This document shows, piece by piece, positions 44,527 through 53,646 of a stretch of 64,000 nt of DNA. Every line of letters begins with the position of its first letter. The stretch's first letter is position 1. The notes beneath the pieces are model-generated. The model had not been told where the DNA came from. It saw only the letters and a list, made by a program, of their open reading frames with translations, and did no database searches. Source of the stretch: Coriobacteriaceae bacterium (GTDB taxonomy: Bacteria > Actinomycetota > Coriobacteriia > Coriobacteriales > QAMH01); NCBI GenBank assembly GCA_025992705.1, contig DAJPGJ010000001.1:1553270-1617269 (forward strand), in the 5' to 3' direction. Made by a program: the position numbers and the translations under genes.

Positions 44527-45435
44527 ATGCGCCCCGATGCCTTCTCGACACATCATCCTGCGGTGACGCTCACCTTCTTCGTGGGCGTCATCGTGTTGTG
44601 CGTGCTCGTGCAGCAACCCGTCGTGCAAGCGGCGGGCCTCATGGGTGCGGTGCTCTACTACCTGTGTCTGCGCGGGCGCGATGCCTGGCGCCTGCTTGCG
44701 GCGATGGCATTGGCGCTCGTCGTGCTTGCCACGATCAACCCCCTCTTCAACACGCTTGGCGACACCGCGCTCTTCACGTACCTGGGCGCACGCCCCTACA
44801 CGCTCGAGGCGCTCGCCTACGGTGCGTCGACCGCGACCATGTTCGTGAGCGTCATGCTGTGGTTTGCCTGCTATGCGCAGGTGATGAGCACGGACAAGTT
44901 CACGTACCTCTTTGGCCGCCGGGCACCAGCGCTCACGCTCGTGCTGACGATGACGCTACGCCTCGTGCCGAGTTACGGACGCAAGGCCCGACAGATTTCG
45001 ACAGCGCGGCGCTGCGTCGGCCTGTCGATGACGCAGGGCAGCGTACGCGAACGTGCGCGGGATGGGGCTTCGCTGCTCTCGGCGCTCACGAGCTGGGCGC
45101 TCGAGGGTGCCGTGACCACGGCCGACTCGATGCGTTCGCGCGGTTACGGCGCGCGGACTAGCGGCGACTCATCGACTCCGGGGCGCTACCTGCAATGCCG
45201 CTTCCGCATGCGCGATGCGCTGTTGCTCGCCCTCATGGTCGCGTGCGTTATCGTCACCTGCATCGCCCTCGCGAGCGGCGCGCTTGCCGTGAGCTACGTG
45301 CCCGCCATCGACATCCCCACGCTCTCGCCGCTTGGCATCGGCGCGCTCGTGGCGTGTACGGTGCTCGTGCTCGTGCCATCTGCCATCGATGCGAAGGAGG
45401 CGATTGCATGGCGCTCTTCGCTCTCGAACATCTGA
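44527..45435 (+). CDS. ECF transporter transmembrane (T) component, CbiQ/EcfT family
   Basis: The protein is multi-TM, and LTMTLRLVPSYGRKARQISTARRCVG is the coupling-helix region. Confidence 0.8.
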   Translation: MRPDAFSTHHPAVTLTFFVGVIVLCVLVQQPVVQAAGLMGAVLYYLCLRGRDAWRLLAAMALALVVLATINPLFNTLGDTALFTYLGARPYTLEALAYGASTATMFVSVMLWFACYAQVMSTDKFTYLFGRRAPALTLVLTMTLRLVPSYGRKARQISTARRCVGLSMTQGSVRERARDGASLLSALTSWALEGAVTTADSMRSRGYGARTSGDSSTPGRYLQCRFRMRDALLLALMVACVIVTCIALASGALAVSYVPAIDIPTLSPLGIGALVACTVLVLVPSAIDAKEAIAWRSSLSNI

Positions 45436-47132
45436 GCTTCAGCTATCCCGATGCCACGGTGCCCGCACTCGACGAGCTTAGCCTCGAGGTCGAGCGCGGC
45501 GAGTACCTCTGCGTCTGCGGCAAGAGCGGTTGCGGCAAGACGACGTTCCTGCGCCAGCTCAAGAGCGTGCTCGCCCCCTTCGGACAGCGTTCGGGCGCCA
45601 TCTTGCTCGATGGCGTTTCCCTGGACGAGGTGCCGCTTGAGACCCAGGCCCGGCGCATCGGCTTCGTCATGCAGGACCCGGATGCGCAGATCGTGACCGA
45701 CAAGGTATGGCACGAGCTCGCCTTCGGACTGGAAAGCATCGGTTGCCCTTCGCCGGTGCTCCGCCTGCGCGTGGCGGAGATGGCAAGCTACTTCGGCATA
45801 TCCGACTGGTTCGACCGCGACGTCTCCGAGCTCTCCGGCGGGCAGAAGCAACTCCTCAACCTGGCCGGCGTGATGGCCATGCAGCCTGACGTGCTCGTCT
45901 GCGACGAGCCGACAAGCCAGCTCGACCCCATCGCGACGGCGAGCTTCCTCGACACGCTGCGTCGACTCAATCGCGAGCTCGGCGTGACCGTCATCATCAG
46001 CGAACATCGCCTCGAGGATGTCTTCGCGCAGGCCGACCGCGCGCTCGTTCTCGACGAGGGGCGCATGATGGCTTATGGCACGCCGCGCGAAGTGGCGGCC
46101 CGCCTATACGCGACGGACGATGACATGACGCGTGCGTTGCCTTCGCCAGTGCGCGTGTTCTATGGGGTGGGACAAGGGGACAGGTCATTTGTCCCACTGG
46201 AATCCAGTGGGACAAATGACCTGTCCCCTTGTCCCACCCGATGCCCGCTCACGGTACGCGAGGGACGCACGTGGCTTGTCGAACGCGTGCTCGCCAAACC
46301 GCCCGCACGCGTGAACATCCCCGACAGCAACGACGACATGGACGCGCGCAAACCCGTCGTGGAACTCCGCGACCTGTGGTTTCGTTACGAGCGACAGGCA
46401 CCCGACGTACTGCGCGGCCTGGACCTGCGCGTGCCGCAAGCCACGCTCTTCGCGCTCGTGGGCGGCAACGGCAGCGGCAAGTCGACACTGCTCAGGTGCC
46501 TTTGCGGCGTACAGCGTCCCTATCGCGGCAAGATGCGCGTGCTCGGCCACAAGCGAGGGTCGGACAAAGGCACCGGGCGGCTCCGGGAGGGCGTCGCCAT
46601 GCTGCCCCAGGACCCGGCCAACCTCTTCTCGAAGAACAGCGTGCACGAGGAGCTCGCCGAGATGCTCGCAGCTCAGGGGCTTGATGCGAGCGAAAACGCA
46701 CGGCGCTGCGCGGCCATGGCGCACGATTGCGGCATCGAAAGGCTACTCGATGCACACCCCCGCGATCTGTCCGGCGGCGAGCAGCAACGCGTGGCACTCG
46801 CCAAGGTGCTCCTGACCGAGCCGCGTCTGCTCCTGCTCGACGAGCCGACCAAGGGCATCGACGCCTTCTTCAAGCACGAGCTCGCCGTATTGCTGCATCG
46901 CCTAACCGAGCGCGATGTCTCCATCATCATGGTCTCGCACGACATCGAGTTCTGCGCGCGTTATGCGGACTTCGTCGGCCTGCTTTTCGACGGCAGCGTC
47001 GTGACCACGGCAACCCCGCGCCGTCTCTTCTCGGACAGCGGGTTTTACACGACGGCTGCCAATCGCATGAGCCGCAGCGTGTTTGCCGGCGCCATCACGG
47101 ACGAGGACGTGATCGAGCTGTGTCTGAGCTAA
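45408..47132 (+). CDS. duplicated ECF/ABC ATPase (EcfA1-EcfA2 fusion)
   Basis: There are two Walker A motifs (GKSGCGKTT; GGNGSGKST), two signatures (LSGGQKQ; LSGGEQQ) and two Walker B motifs. The RBS is GAAGGAGG. Confidence 0.85.
   Translation: MALFALEHLSFSYPDATVPALDELSLEVERGEYLCVCGKSGCGKTTFLRQLKSVLAPFGQRSGAILLDGVSLDEVPLETQARRIGFVMQDPDAQIVTDKVWHELAFGLESIGCPSPVLRLRVAEMASYFGISDWFDRDVSELSGGQKQLLNLAGVMAMQPDVLVCDEPTSQLDPIATASFLDTLRRLNRELGVTVIISEHRLEDVFAQADRALVLDEGRMMAYGTPREVAARLYATDDDMTRALPSPVRVFYGVGQGDRSFVPLESSGTNDLSPCPTRCPLTVREGRTWLVERVLAKPPARVNIPDSNDDMDARKPVVELRDLWFRYERQAPDVLRGLDLRVPQATLFALVGGNGSGKSTLLRCLCGVQRPYRGKMRVLGHKRGSDKGTGRLREGVAMLPQDPANLFSKNSVHEELAEMLAAQGLDASENARRCAAMAHDCGIERLLDAHPRDLSGGEQQRVALAKVLLTEPRLLLLDEPTKGIDAFFKHELAVLLHRLTERDVSIIMVSHDIEFCARYADFVGLLFDGSVVTTATPRRLFSDSGFYTTAANRMSRSVFAGAITDEDVIELCLS
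46165..46239. repeat. 75-bp perfect palindrome (two 36-bp arms with a 3-nt centre) inside the ATPase linker, in frame
   Basis: The sequence is GGGTGGGACAAGGGGACAGGTCATTTGTCCCACTGG-AAT-CCAGTGGGACAAATGACCTGTCCCCTTGTCCCACCC. It encodes GVGQGDRSFVPLESSGTNDLSPCPT. Confidence 0.95.
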
Positions 47133-47170
47133 ACGGGAAGCGAAATAGGCAAGCAGCTGCCCGTCGGCGC

Positions 47171-47872
47171 ATGGCCCTCGCATGGACCCTGTCGCTTGCG
47201 TGCGCAGTCGCGAGCGTCGTTATCAGCGCGCTCGTAGGCGGCAAGGCGTACGTAATCGCGAGCGTCATCGTGGTGCTTTGCACCATCGTCCCCTTCTTCG
47301 CGATCTTCGAGGCGCGGCGCCCCCAGGCGCGCGAGCTCGTCATGCTCGCGGTCATGTGTGCCCTGGCGGTGGCGGCACGCGCGGCCTTCATCTGGCTGCC
47401 GGGCTTCAAGCCAATGGCGGCCATCATCATGATCGCGGGTATCGCCTTCGGGCCGTCATCAGGCTTTCTGGTCGGTTCGCTTGCGGCGCTCACGAGCAAC
47501 TTCATCTTCGGTCAAGGCCCCTGGACGCCCTGGCAGATGCTCGCCTTCGGGCTCTGCGGCCTCGTCTTCGGAGCGCTCGCCCAACGCGGCCTGATACGCC
47601 GCGAGAAGCTGAGCGTGCGGGCCCGCGTGGGGGTGGCCGCAAGCGGCGCCGTCTTCGTCGTGCTCGTCGCGGGGCCCATCCTCGACACGAGCTCACTTTT
47701 CTTCATGCTCTCGCGCATCACGCCCGAAGCCATCATCGCCGTCTATCTCGCCGGCTTCCCGATGAACTGCATCCAGGCGGCCGCGACATTCGTCACGCTG
47801 TTGCTCGTGGCAAACCCCCTGCTCGACAAGCTCACCCGCGTGCAACGCAAGTACGGTATGCTCGTGCGCTGA
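47171..47872 (+). CDS. ECF transporter substrate-specific (S) component, candidate cobalamin-specific
   Basis: It is a 6-TM small integral membrane protein directly after the ATPase. An alternative GTG start lies at 47120. Confidence 0.6.
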   Translation: MALAWTLSLACAVASVVISALVGGKAYVIASVIVVLCTIVPFFAIFEARRPQARELVMLAVMCALAVAARAAFIWLPGFKPMAAIIMIAGIAFGPSSGFLVGSLAALTSNFIFGQGPWTPWQMLAFGLCGLVFGALAQRGLIRREKLSVRARVGVAASGAVFVVLVAGPILDTSSLFFMLSRITPEAIIAVYLAGFPMNCIQAAATFVTLLLVANPLLDKLTRVQRKYGMLVR

Positions 47873-48021
47873 GCCTCATACTCGCCGTTCAGGTGCTCAT
47901 ACCTGGGTACTGAAATTGGAGAATCCCCACTACGAAACGCGCAAACTCGGTCGCGCCCATTTATAGGACGAGTAAAATATTCACGTGGACAGATAAGTCT
48001 GCACATGCACATCGTGAGGGA

Positions 48022-48201
48022 ATGGAGTCCATCATGGTTGAGTTTGAGAAAGATCCCGATATCAGCACGGAGGAAGGCTACGGGACCGAGGACATCGATG
48101 TCATCGACACCGAAGTCGAGCTCGAGGAAGATCCGGATGTCAGAACGGAGGAAGGCTACGGCAACATCGACCCGAACCGGGATACGGGTATGCCAGCCTA
48201 G
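48022..48201 (+). CDS. small acidic protein (59 aa) with an internal DPD(I/V)xTEEGYG repeat
   Basis: The ORF is below the track cutoff. It is followed by strong terminators, and its RBS is weak (GAGGGA adjacent to the ATG). Confidence 0.35.
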   Translation: MESIMVEFEKDPDISTEEGYGTEDIDVIDTEVELEEDPDVRTEEGYGNIDPNRDTGMPA

Positions 48202-48235
48202 GCGCTAGAAGCCCATCACGACGATACACATTCGA

Positions 48236-48279
48236 GGGGACGGCCTTCCCGTAACATGGGAGGGCCGTCCCCTTTTCTT
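48236..48279 (+). terminator. rho-independent terminator
   Basis: The hairpin is GGGGACGGCCTTCCC-gtaacat-GGGAGGGCCGTCCCC followed by TTTTCTT. Confidence 0.7.
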
Positions 48280-48285
48280 GGATTG

Positions 48286-48320
48286 GGACAGATAAATAGC
48301 TTATTTGTCCTATTTTTTTT
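48286..48320 (+). terminator. second stem-loop with a long T-run
   Basis: The hairpin is GGACAGATAA-atagc-TTATTTGTCC followed by TATTTTTTTT. Confidence 0.5.
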
Positions 48321-48430
48321 GTGGGCAGAAAGTCTAATTCGTGATAGTATGCATGGACATTCAATCTAATTTGAATAACGATAGATTAGTCGAAGTATTT
48401 TTGGATTAGTTGTCTATTTTAGGAGCGAAC

Positions 48431-49987
48431 GTGGCACGACCGCCGAAGAATGCAGAAGGACCGAGCGCAACCGAACGCATGGAGCTCGCATTCTGGGATT
48501 GCATGAAGGAAATGCCCTTCAGCGAAATTACGGTACGTGACATCGTGAGCCGCGCCAAGGTCAATCGTAACTCCTACTACTACCACTACGACAGCATGTG
48601 GGATCTCGCCCAGGCAAGTGTCGAACACGCGGATTTCGCGGCTGTGGCACGCATGCTCCTCGAAGGCTTCGTCGCCGATGAAGCCGCTGATGCAGACGAC
48701 GTCGCAGCTCAAGCGCAGAAAGGCTTCGATCATCTACGCGTGCTGGCGAGCGAAAACGGCAACCAGCGTCTACTCGAGGATGCCAAGCGCTCCGTCGTGA
48801 ACGAGTGGCTCGCCCTCTTCAAGTTGCGCGAAGACAGGCTCCCGAGCGAGACGCGCTCCTCCATCGACTTCGTGTTCGGTGGGGTCGCGGCCTTGCTAGC
48901 AGGCGGCCGACCAGGGGATTTGGACACATTCGAGACAACGATCGAGAGCTCTCCCCTCCTCACGAACACCATCGCGATGCTGCGCAGTGACCTCGACCCT
49001 GAGGAGCCTGCACAAAGCTCCTGGTCACAGAGCTTGTACACGAAGATGACCGAGGAACGGGTCGTCGTCGAACGTACGGTCGAGGAATTCGTCGTCAGAG
49101 AGGAAGAGGTCGAGGAAATCCTCGCAGAGGCAAAGAACGCCCCGGTCAATGGGGTGCTAGCACCTTCTGAGGACATCCGTCTGGAAAGCGATTCCGCGAC
49201 ATCCGAGCCCATTATCGAAGAGCGTGTCACGTCCACAAACCTCACCGGAAGCGAAATGGCCACTTCTTGGGATGAGAACGAGACGGCTCATAGTACCCCC
49301 GAAGTAGCAGAAGAACAGGAATCGGCAGATCTTTTGAGCGAGGATGCCACCATTCCGGAAACAACAGGTACACAAATTGAGCAGGAGCCTGCCAATATTT
49401 CTGCTCATACAAGCGAAATAGAGGAAACGGTCGAAGAGGGGATTGTTTCCGAGACCATAATCGAGGCTCACGAAGGCTTTAGTCTGGTATCTGAGCAGGT
49501 ACCAGAGAATGACATACAAACGCAGCAAGAAACGGAGCACGCAAATGAGGCAATATCAGAGCAGGAACCTGTCAATGAAACGCAATCTCAAGATGATTAC
49601 GTACCAACGCAGGACCTCAATGATGTTTCTGCAAATGAAGCGGAGCAAGAAAGCGAACCGACCGTCAATCTAGAACAGGAGGCTGCAGAGAATCATGAAT
49701 CCGAAGCCCTCCCCGCGCGGGAAACCGCGGACGTCTCAGAAGCTGAAAGGGTTTCTGAACGAGATGCAGAAGGCCTGGGAAGCCACGAAGCCACAGACAC
49801 CGATGTATCTGAACTCTCAGACGGATCCGCGTCTGACTCGCTTGATGAACAAGCGGTACCCGTCAAATCAGCTGACAATGAGCAATCAACGTCGCAAACC
49901 AAGTCCCCTACTGAACCTGAGGTAAGGTCTGAGGAACCGAGTGACTCGAACGAGGAAGACCAGCTCTCCTTCGATTTTCTCTTCTAG
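48431..49987 (+). CDS. TetR-like regulator with a C-terminal extension of about 330 aa that is highly acidic and low in complexity
   Basis: FSEITVRDIVSRAKVNRNSYYYHYDSMWDL is a TetR HTH. The tail is rich in E, T, S and Q. The GTG start has an AGGAG RBS. Confidence 0.65.
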   Translation: MARPPKNAEGPSATERMELAFWDCMKEMPFSEITVRDIVSRAKVNRNSYYYHYDSMWDLAQASVEHADFAAVARMLLEGFVADEAADADDVAAQAQKGFDHLRVLASENGNQRLLEDAKRSVVNEWLALFKLREDRLPSETRSSIDFVFGGVAALLAGGRPGDLDTFETTIESSPLLTNTIAMLRSDLDPEEPAQSSWSQSLYTKMTEERVVVERTVEEFVVREEEVEEILAEAKNAPVNGVLAPSEDIRLESDSATSEPIIEERVTSTNLTGSEMATSWDENETAHSTPEVAEEQESADLLSEDATIPETTGTQIEQEPANISAHTSEIEETVEEGIVSETIIEAHEGFSLVSEQVPENDIQTQQETEHANEAISEQEPVNETQSQDDYVPTQDLNDVSANEAEQESEPTVNLEQEAAENHESEALPARETADVSEAERVSERDAEGLGSHEATDTDVSELSDGSASDSLDEQAVPVKSADNEQSTSQTKSPTEPEVRSEEPSDSNEEDQLSFDFLF

Positions 49988-50491
49988 AGAAACTTATGCA
50001 ATATATTTCCTATATGTTGCATACTGCACATGCGAAATGCCTATGACCTTGGGATAATATATAGGCAATATACTGCTTTTCTAATCAATCACAGCTCCGT
50101 GACATAGTTGCTGTGACAGATCTTCTCCCCGCGCGGCCTCAGCGCCGCATACGTCCGCCAGAACAAGAGCACTGGCAACATAATCTTCCTTTCTCGAAAC
50201 CAGAGGGATCCGCTCTCATGTGCCCCTATGCCAAACATGCGGACTTTCCACTTATATAAGCGGGTACCCATTTGATTTACCGACGCTCAAAGCGATTTGC
50301 TTACCAGTCGACCCTACGATAATTATCCTGTACCTGTTATTCAAACAAAACGAAGCGAGAATATAACCGCACGCATCAGCTGACAAAACGAACGGAAGTC
50401 ACGCGAAGTCACCGGCGTACAAAGCAAAGGCGTCGGCAAAGACTTTACGCAAGCTGTGCTGTCCCATTGTCATAATGCCACCCATCCTGTC

Positions 50492-50529
50492 GAAAAAGTA
50501 AGGGGTGCCAGATAATTCTGACACCCCTT
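50492..50529 (-). terminator. rho-independent terminator of the 50555..51022 gene
   Basis: On the minus strand the hairpin is AAGGGGTG-14 nt-CACCCCTT followed by ACTTTTTC. Confidence 0.55.
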
Positions 50530-50554
50530 CCGCGCGCTCTGATGACGCAGACGC

Positions 50555-51022
50555 TTATTGACAGTACATGCGTTTATCGGAATTTGCGAAGACGGCAACG
50601 ATGATGAGCAAGACCGCTACGATGACGCTTCCGCCAAGGAAACTTAGAATGGTACCGGCTATAGCCCAACCCATGACGAGCCCGAGCTTGGGCGGATTGG
50701 CGGCATGCATCACGCCGAGGATGCCTGCAATAAGTCCACCGACGCAGCAAATGAGCAGCCAAACCGACAGGCCCCCGCCAAGCAACATCATGATGGCACT
50801 GACAAAGAATGCATCATCAGGATCGATATCGTTAAAGTACATCGAGGTGCCATCGTACTCATAGCGCATGTCATTCATGAGCTCCGGACCATCATTCATG
50901 ATGATCGCACTGAGCACGCCCGAAAACACCATGAGGAGAACAGCGGCGAGTATGCCCAGGGCAGACAAAATGATGACGGCGATGCTCAGACCCTTGATTG
51001 AACTGGCGTGAGCGTTTTTCAT
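50555..51022 (-). CDS. small integral membrane protein (4 TM)
   Basis: The hydrophobic helices are clear. The ATG has a GAAGGAG RBS 6 nt upstream. Confidence 0.6.
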   Translation of the reverse strand: MKNAHASSIKGLSIAVIILSALGILAAVLLMVFSGVLSAIIMNDGPELMNDMRYEYDGTSMYFNDIDPDDAFFVSAIMMLLGGGLSVWLLICCVGGLIAGILGVMHAANPPKLGLVMGWAIAGTILSFLGGSVIVAVLLIIVAVFANSDKRMYCQ

Positions 51023-51092
51023 ATACATCTCCTTCAATAACTAGACTATATATCTAATACGTGTGCTGCTTCTATATATATGTGCAGTCCAC

Positions 51093-52157
51093 TTACACGT
51101 TGAACTTGAAGTGCATGACGTCGCCATCCTGCACAACGTATTCCTTGCCTTCCTGGCGCAATTTGCCGGCAGCACGGCAACCAGCCTCTCCCCCAAGCTC
51201 GACGTAATCGTCATAACTACAGGTCTCAGCCTTGATAAAACCACGCTCAAAGTCCGTATGGATGACGCCAGCAGCCTGCGGAGCCTTGGCACCGATGGGA
51301 ATAGTCCAGGCCTTGACCTCCATCTCGCCTGCGGTGAAGAAGGACTGCAGACCCAGCAGGCGATAAGCCGCCTTGGCCAGACGCGAAAGACCCGGCTCTT
51401 CTAGCCCCATATCGGCAAGAAACTCGGCTTTCTCATCCGCATCAAGCTCGGCAAGCTCCGCTTCAACCTGCGCGCAAATGGGCAGTGGCTTGATGCCGTC
51501 GATCTCGTCAAGGTCTGCATTGACCATATCTTCGTCAACATTGGCCAAGTAAAGAACAGGTTTCATGGTCAAAAGGTGCAAATCGTACAGGAGGGATTTT
51601 TCCTCGTCAGTCATGTCCAGGAGACGCGCAGGATGTCCCTCGTTGAGCCATTCTTCCACGCGTTTTGCCATCTCGTACTTGGGAAGGTTCGCCTTGTCGC
51701 GTTTGGCCTCTTTTTCGAGTCGCACGAGTGCCTTCTCGAGTGTGGCCAGATCAGCCAAGACCAGCTCAGTGCGTATGGTCTCAATGTCGGATGTCGGATC
51801 CTGGCTACTCTCATGTCGTATGACATCAGGGTCGCTGAAATAGCGGACAACCTCACAAATTGCGTCAGTTTCGCGGATATTGGCCAAGAATTGATTGCCC
51901 AGTCCCTCGCCCTCGCTCGCACCCTTCACGAGCCCCGCGATATCGACAAATTCGACCGTCGCCGGGACGATGCGTCCGGGATGGGCGATCTCGGCCAACT
52001 TCTCGAGACGCTCATCGGGTACGGGAACGATGCCTACATTAGGATCGATGGTTGCGAAGGGATAATTGGCCGCGAGACCGGTCTGATCGGTCAAAGCCGT
52101 AAATAACGTGGACTTTCCTACGTTGGGAAGCCCAACGATGCCAATTGAGAGGGCCAT
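51093..52157 (-). CDS. ychF: ribosome-binding ATPase YchF
   Basis: IGIVGLPNVGKSTLFTALT is present, and the C-terminal TGS-like region ends EYVVQDGDVMHFKFNV. Confidence 0.9.
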   Translation of the reverse strand: MALSIGIVGLPNVGKSTLFTALTDQTGLAANYPFATIDPNVGIVPVPDERLEKLAEIAHPGRIVPATVEFVDIAGLVKGASEGEGLGNQFLANIRETDAICEVVRYFSDPDVIRHESSQDPTSDIETIRTELVLADLATLEKALVRLEKEAKRDKANLPKYEMAKRVEEWLNEGHPARLLDMTDEEKSLLYDLHLLTMKPVLYLANVDEDMVNADLDEIDGIKPLPICAQVEAELAELDADEKAEFLADMGLEEPGLSRLAKAAYRLLGLQSFFTAGEMEVKAWTIPIGAKAPQAAGVIHTDFERGFIKAETCSYDDYVELGGEAGCRAAGKLRQEGKEYVVQDGDVMHFKFNV

Positions 52158-52172
52158 GCTTGTCGTACGCTC

Positions 52173-53645
52173 CTATTCTGTTTCCTCGTCAGTTTCTTCC
52201 TGTATGTCTAAGGTGACAGTATCTACGTCATCAATTTGGGGCTGTTCCTGGTCAGCTGTGACCCGCATAAATATCTCATTCACCGTAGTATCAGAGCCAC
52301 CTTGAGGGGGAACGGGGTACTCAGAGTCATTTGCTTCCTCAGTACTCTGACCTGCGATTATTTCATCTTGGTCACGCTGGGTAACTTCGGTTTCACTCTC
52401 GTTCTTGTCGCGTGCCGTGGTGTAAGCCACGATATCATCAATCTGGAAGGCATCGACGATATCGGCCAGCTTGACCGCGTAGGTCTCGTGATGCTCACGC
52501 TCGCGCTCGCGTGTCCAGGCCGCAGGCGGCACGGGCAGCATCTCGGTCATGTCCTCGATGATAGGGGCCTCTGACGAGCTCTCGAGTTTAGCCTGAGCGG
52601 CGTTTTCGTCACCGCCCTTGACGAGCACTTCCTCGCTCCCCTGCGCGAAGACCTGCTTCTGCTGGCCGGTGATGTTGATGCAGATGGCACCGATGATGAA
52701 GGGGATCCAGAAGATGAGGCCACGGTATGCAAGCGCGATGGCCGCGGCCTGGGCGGGCGTGGCCCCATAGGCGCTCAGGACGAGCGCGAGCAGGATCTCG
52801 ACAGCGCCGATGGTCTGCAGGATGAAGGTCGCGATGATGAAGCCCGCCACGTAGGAGGCCATGAGGAACGGGATGTACGTGTACCCGAAGGCAAAGCCCA
52901 CGAAGATGAAGCACATGCAATCACAGGCATGCAGCAGCACCATGCGGCAGAACATGACGATGAGCTGGCGTGGTTTGTCGACGGCAATGCTCGCTGCCTC
53001 GTGAAATGACGCCGCGATGCGGCCAGCCCAAGGCTCGGCAGGCTTGCGCTTGAAGACGATGAGGGCACGATTGACAAGGTTCTCGATCCAGGCGAAGAGC
53101 TTCTGCTCCGTCTCGACATGACTATATCCGAGCCACATCACGAACCCGAAGGTAAAAATCATAAGTAGGACAGCTAGGCCACCAAGGGCAAGATACCAAA
53201 CCATCTGCCCCGTGAAGATGAGGATGGCAAAGCCGATGAGCATGACGACGGCGAAGCCTCCGAAGAAGCCGATCTTCTCGAGAAAGACAACCGTAACCGA
53301 CTTGCCCATGTCGAGCCCCTGCTTATGCGACCAGGCGGCGATGAGTACCGATCCGGCCGTACCTGCCGTGGGGGCACAGTCGTTCGCAAAGGTCACGGAG
53401 AAGACGAGCGGCACGATGTGCAGGTACTTCACGTCCTCGTCCACGCAGCGAAACACCGCCTTGTACGCGAAGGCATGACTGAAGTAGCGCCCGAACAGGC
53501 AGCACGCGGCAAGTGCAAAGGGAACGATGGAGACGTCCTTGATGGTCTCGACAAAGGAGCCCAGGTCGTCACGCTTGATGAAGACGATGACTGCCACGAT
53601 GATGACGACCACGATGGGCAGGATGATATTCCAGCGCTTGGCCAA
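52173..53645 (-). CDS. UPF0104 / lysylphosphatidylglycerol-synthase-TM-like (flippase-like) membrane protein with an acidic C-terminal tail
   Basis: About 330 aa of multi-TM region typical of the family is followed by an acidic soluble tail of about 150 aa. Confidence 0.65.
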   Translation of the reverse strand: MAKRWNIILPIVVVIIVAVIVFIKRDDLGSFVETIKDVSIVPFALAACCLFGRYFSHAFAYKAVFRCVDEDVKYLHIVPLVFSVTFANDCAPTAGTAGSVLIAAWSHKQGLDMGKSVTVVFLEKIGFFGGFAVVMLIGFAILIFTGQMVWYLALGGLAVLLMIFTFGFVMWLGYSHVETEQKLFAWIENLVNRALIVFKRKPAEPWAGRIAASFHEAASIAVDKPRQLIVMFCRMVLLHACDCMCFIFVGFAFGYTYIPFLMASYVAGFIIATFILQTIGAVEILLALVLSAYGATPAQAAAIALAYRGLIFWIPFIIGAICINITGQQKQVFAQGSEEVLVKGGDENAAQAKLESSSEAPIIEDMTEMLPVPPAAWTREREREHHETYAVKLADIVDAFQIDDIVAYTTARDKNESETEVTQRDQDEIIAGQSTEEANDSEYPVPPQGGSDTTVNEIFMRVTADQEQPQIDDVDTVTLDIQEETDEETE

Positions 53646-53646
53646 A

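Noticed and set aside
47987-48297. GGACAGATAA(G/A)T flanking the small acidic ORF as the terminal repeats of a mini-cassette.
   Set aside because: A single 11-of-12 match within 300 bp is not clearly above chance. The downstream copy is already explained as the stem of a terminator-like hairpin.
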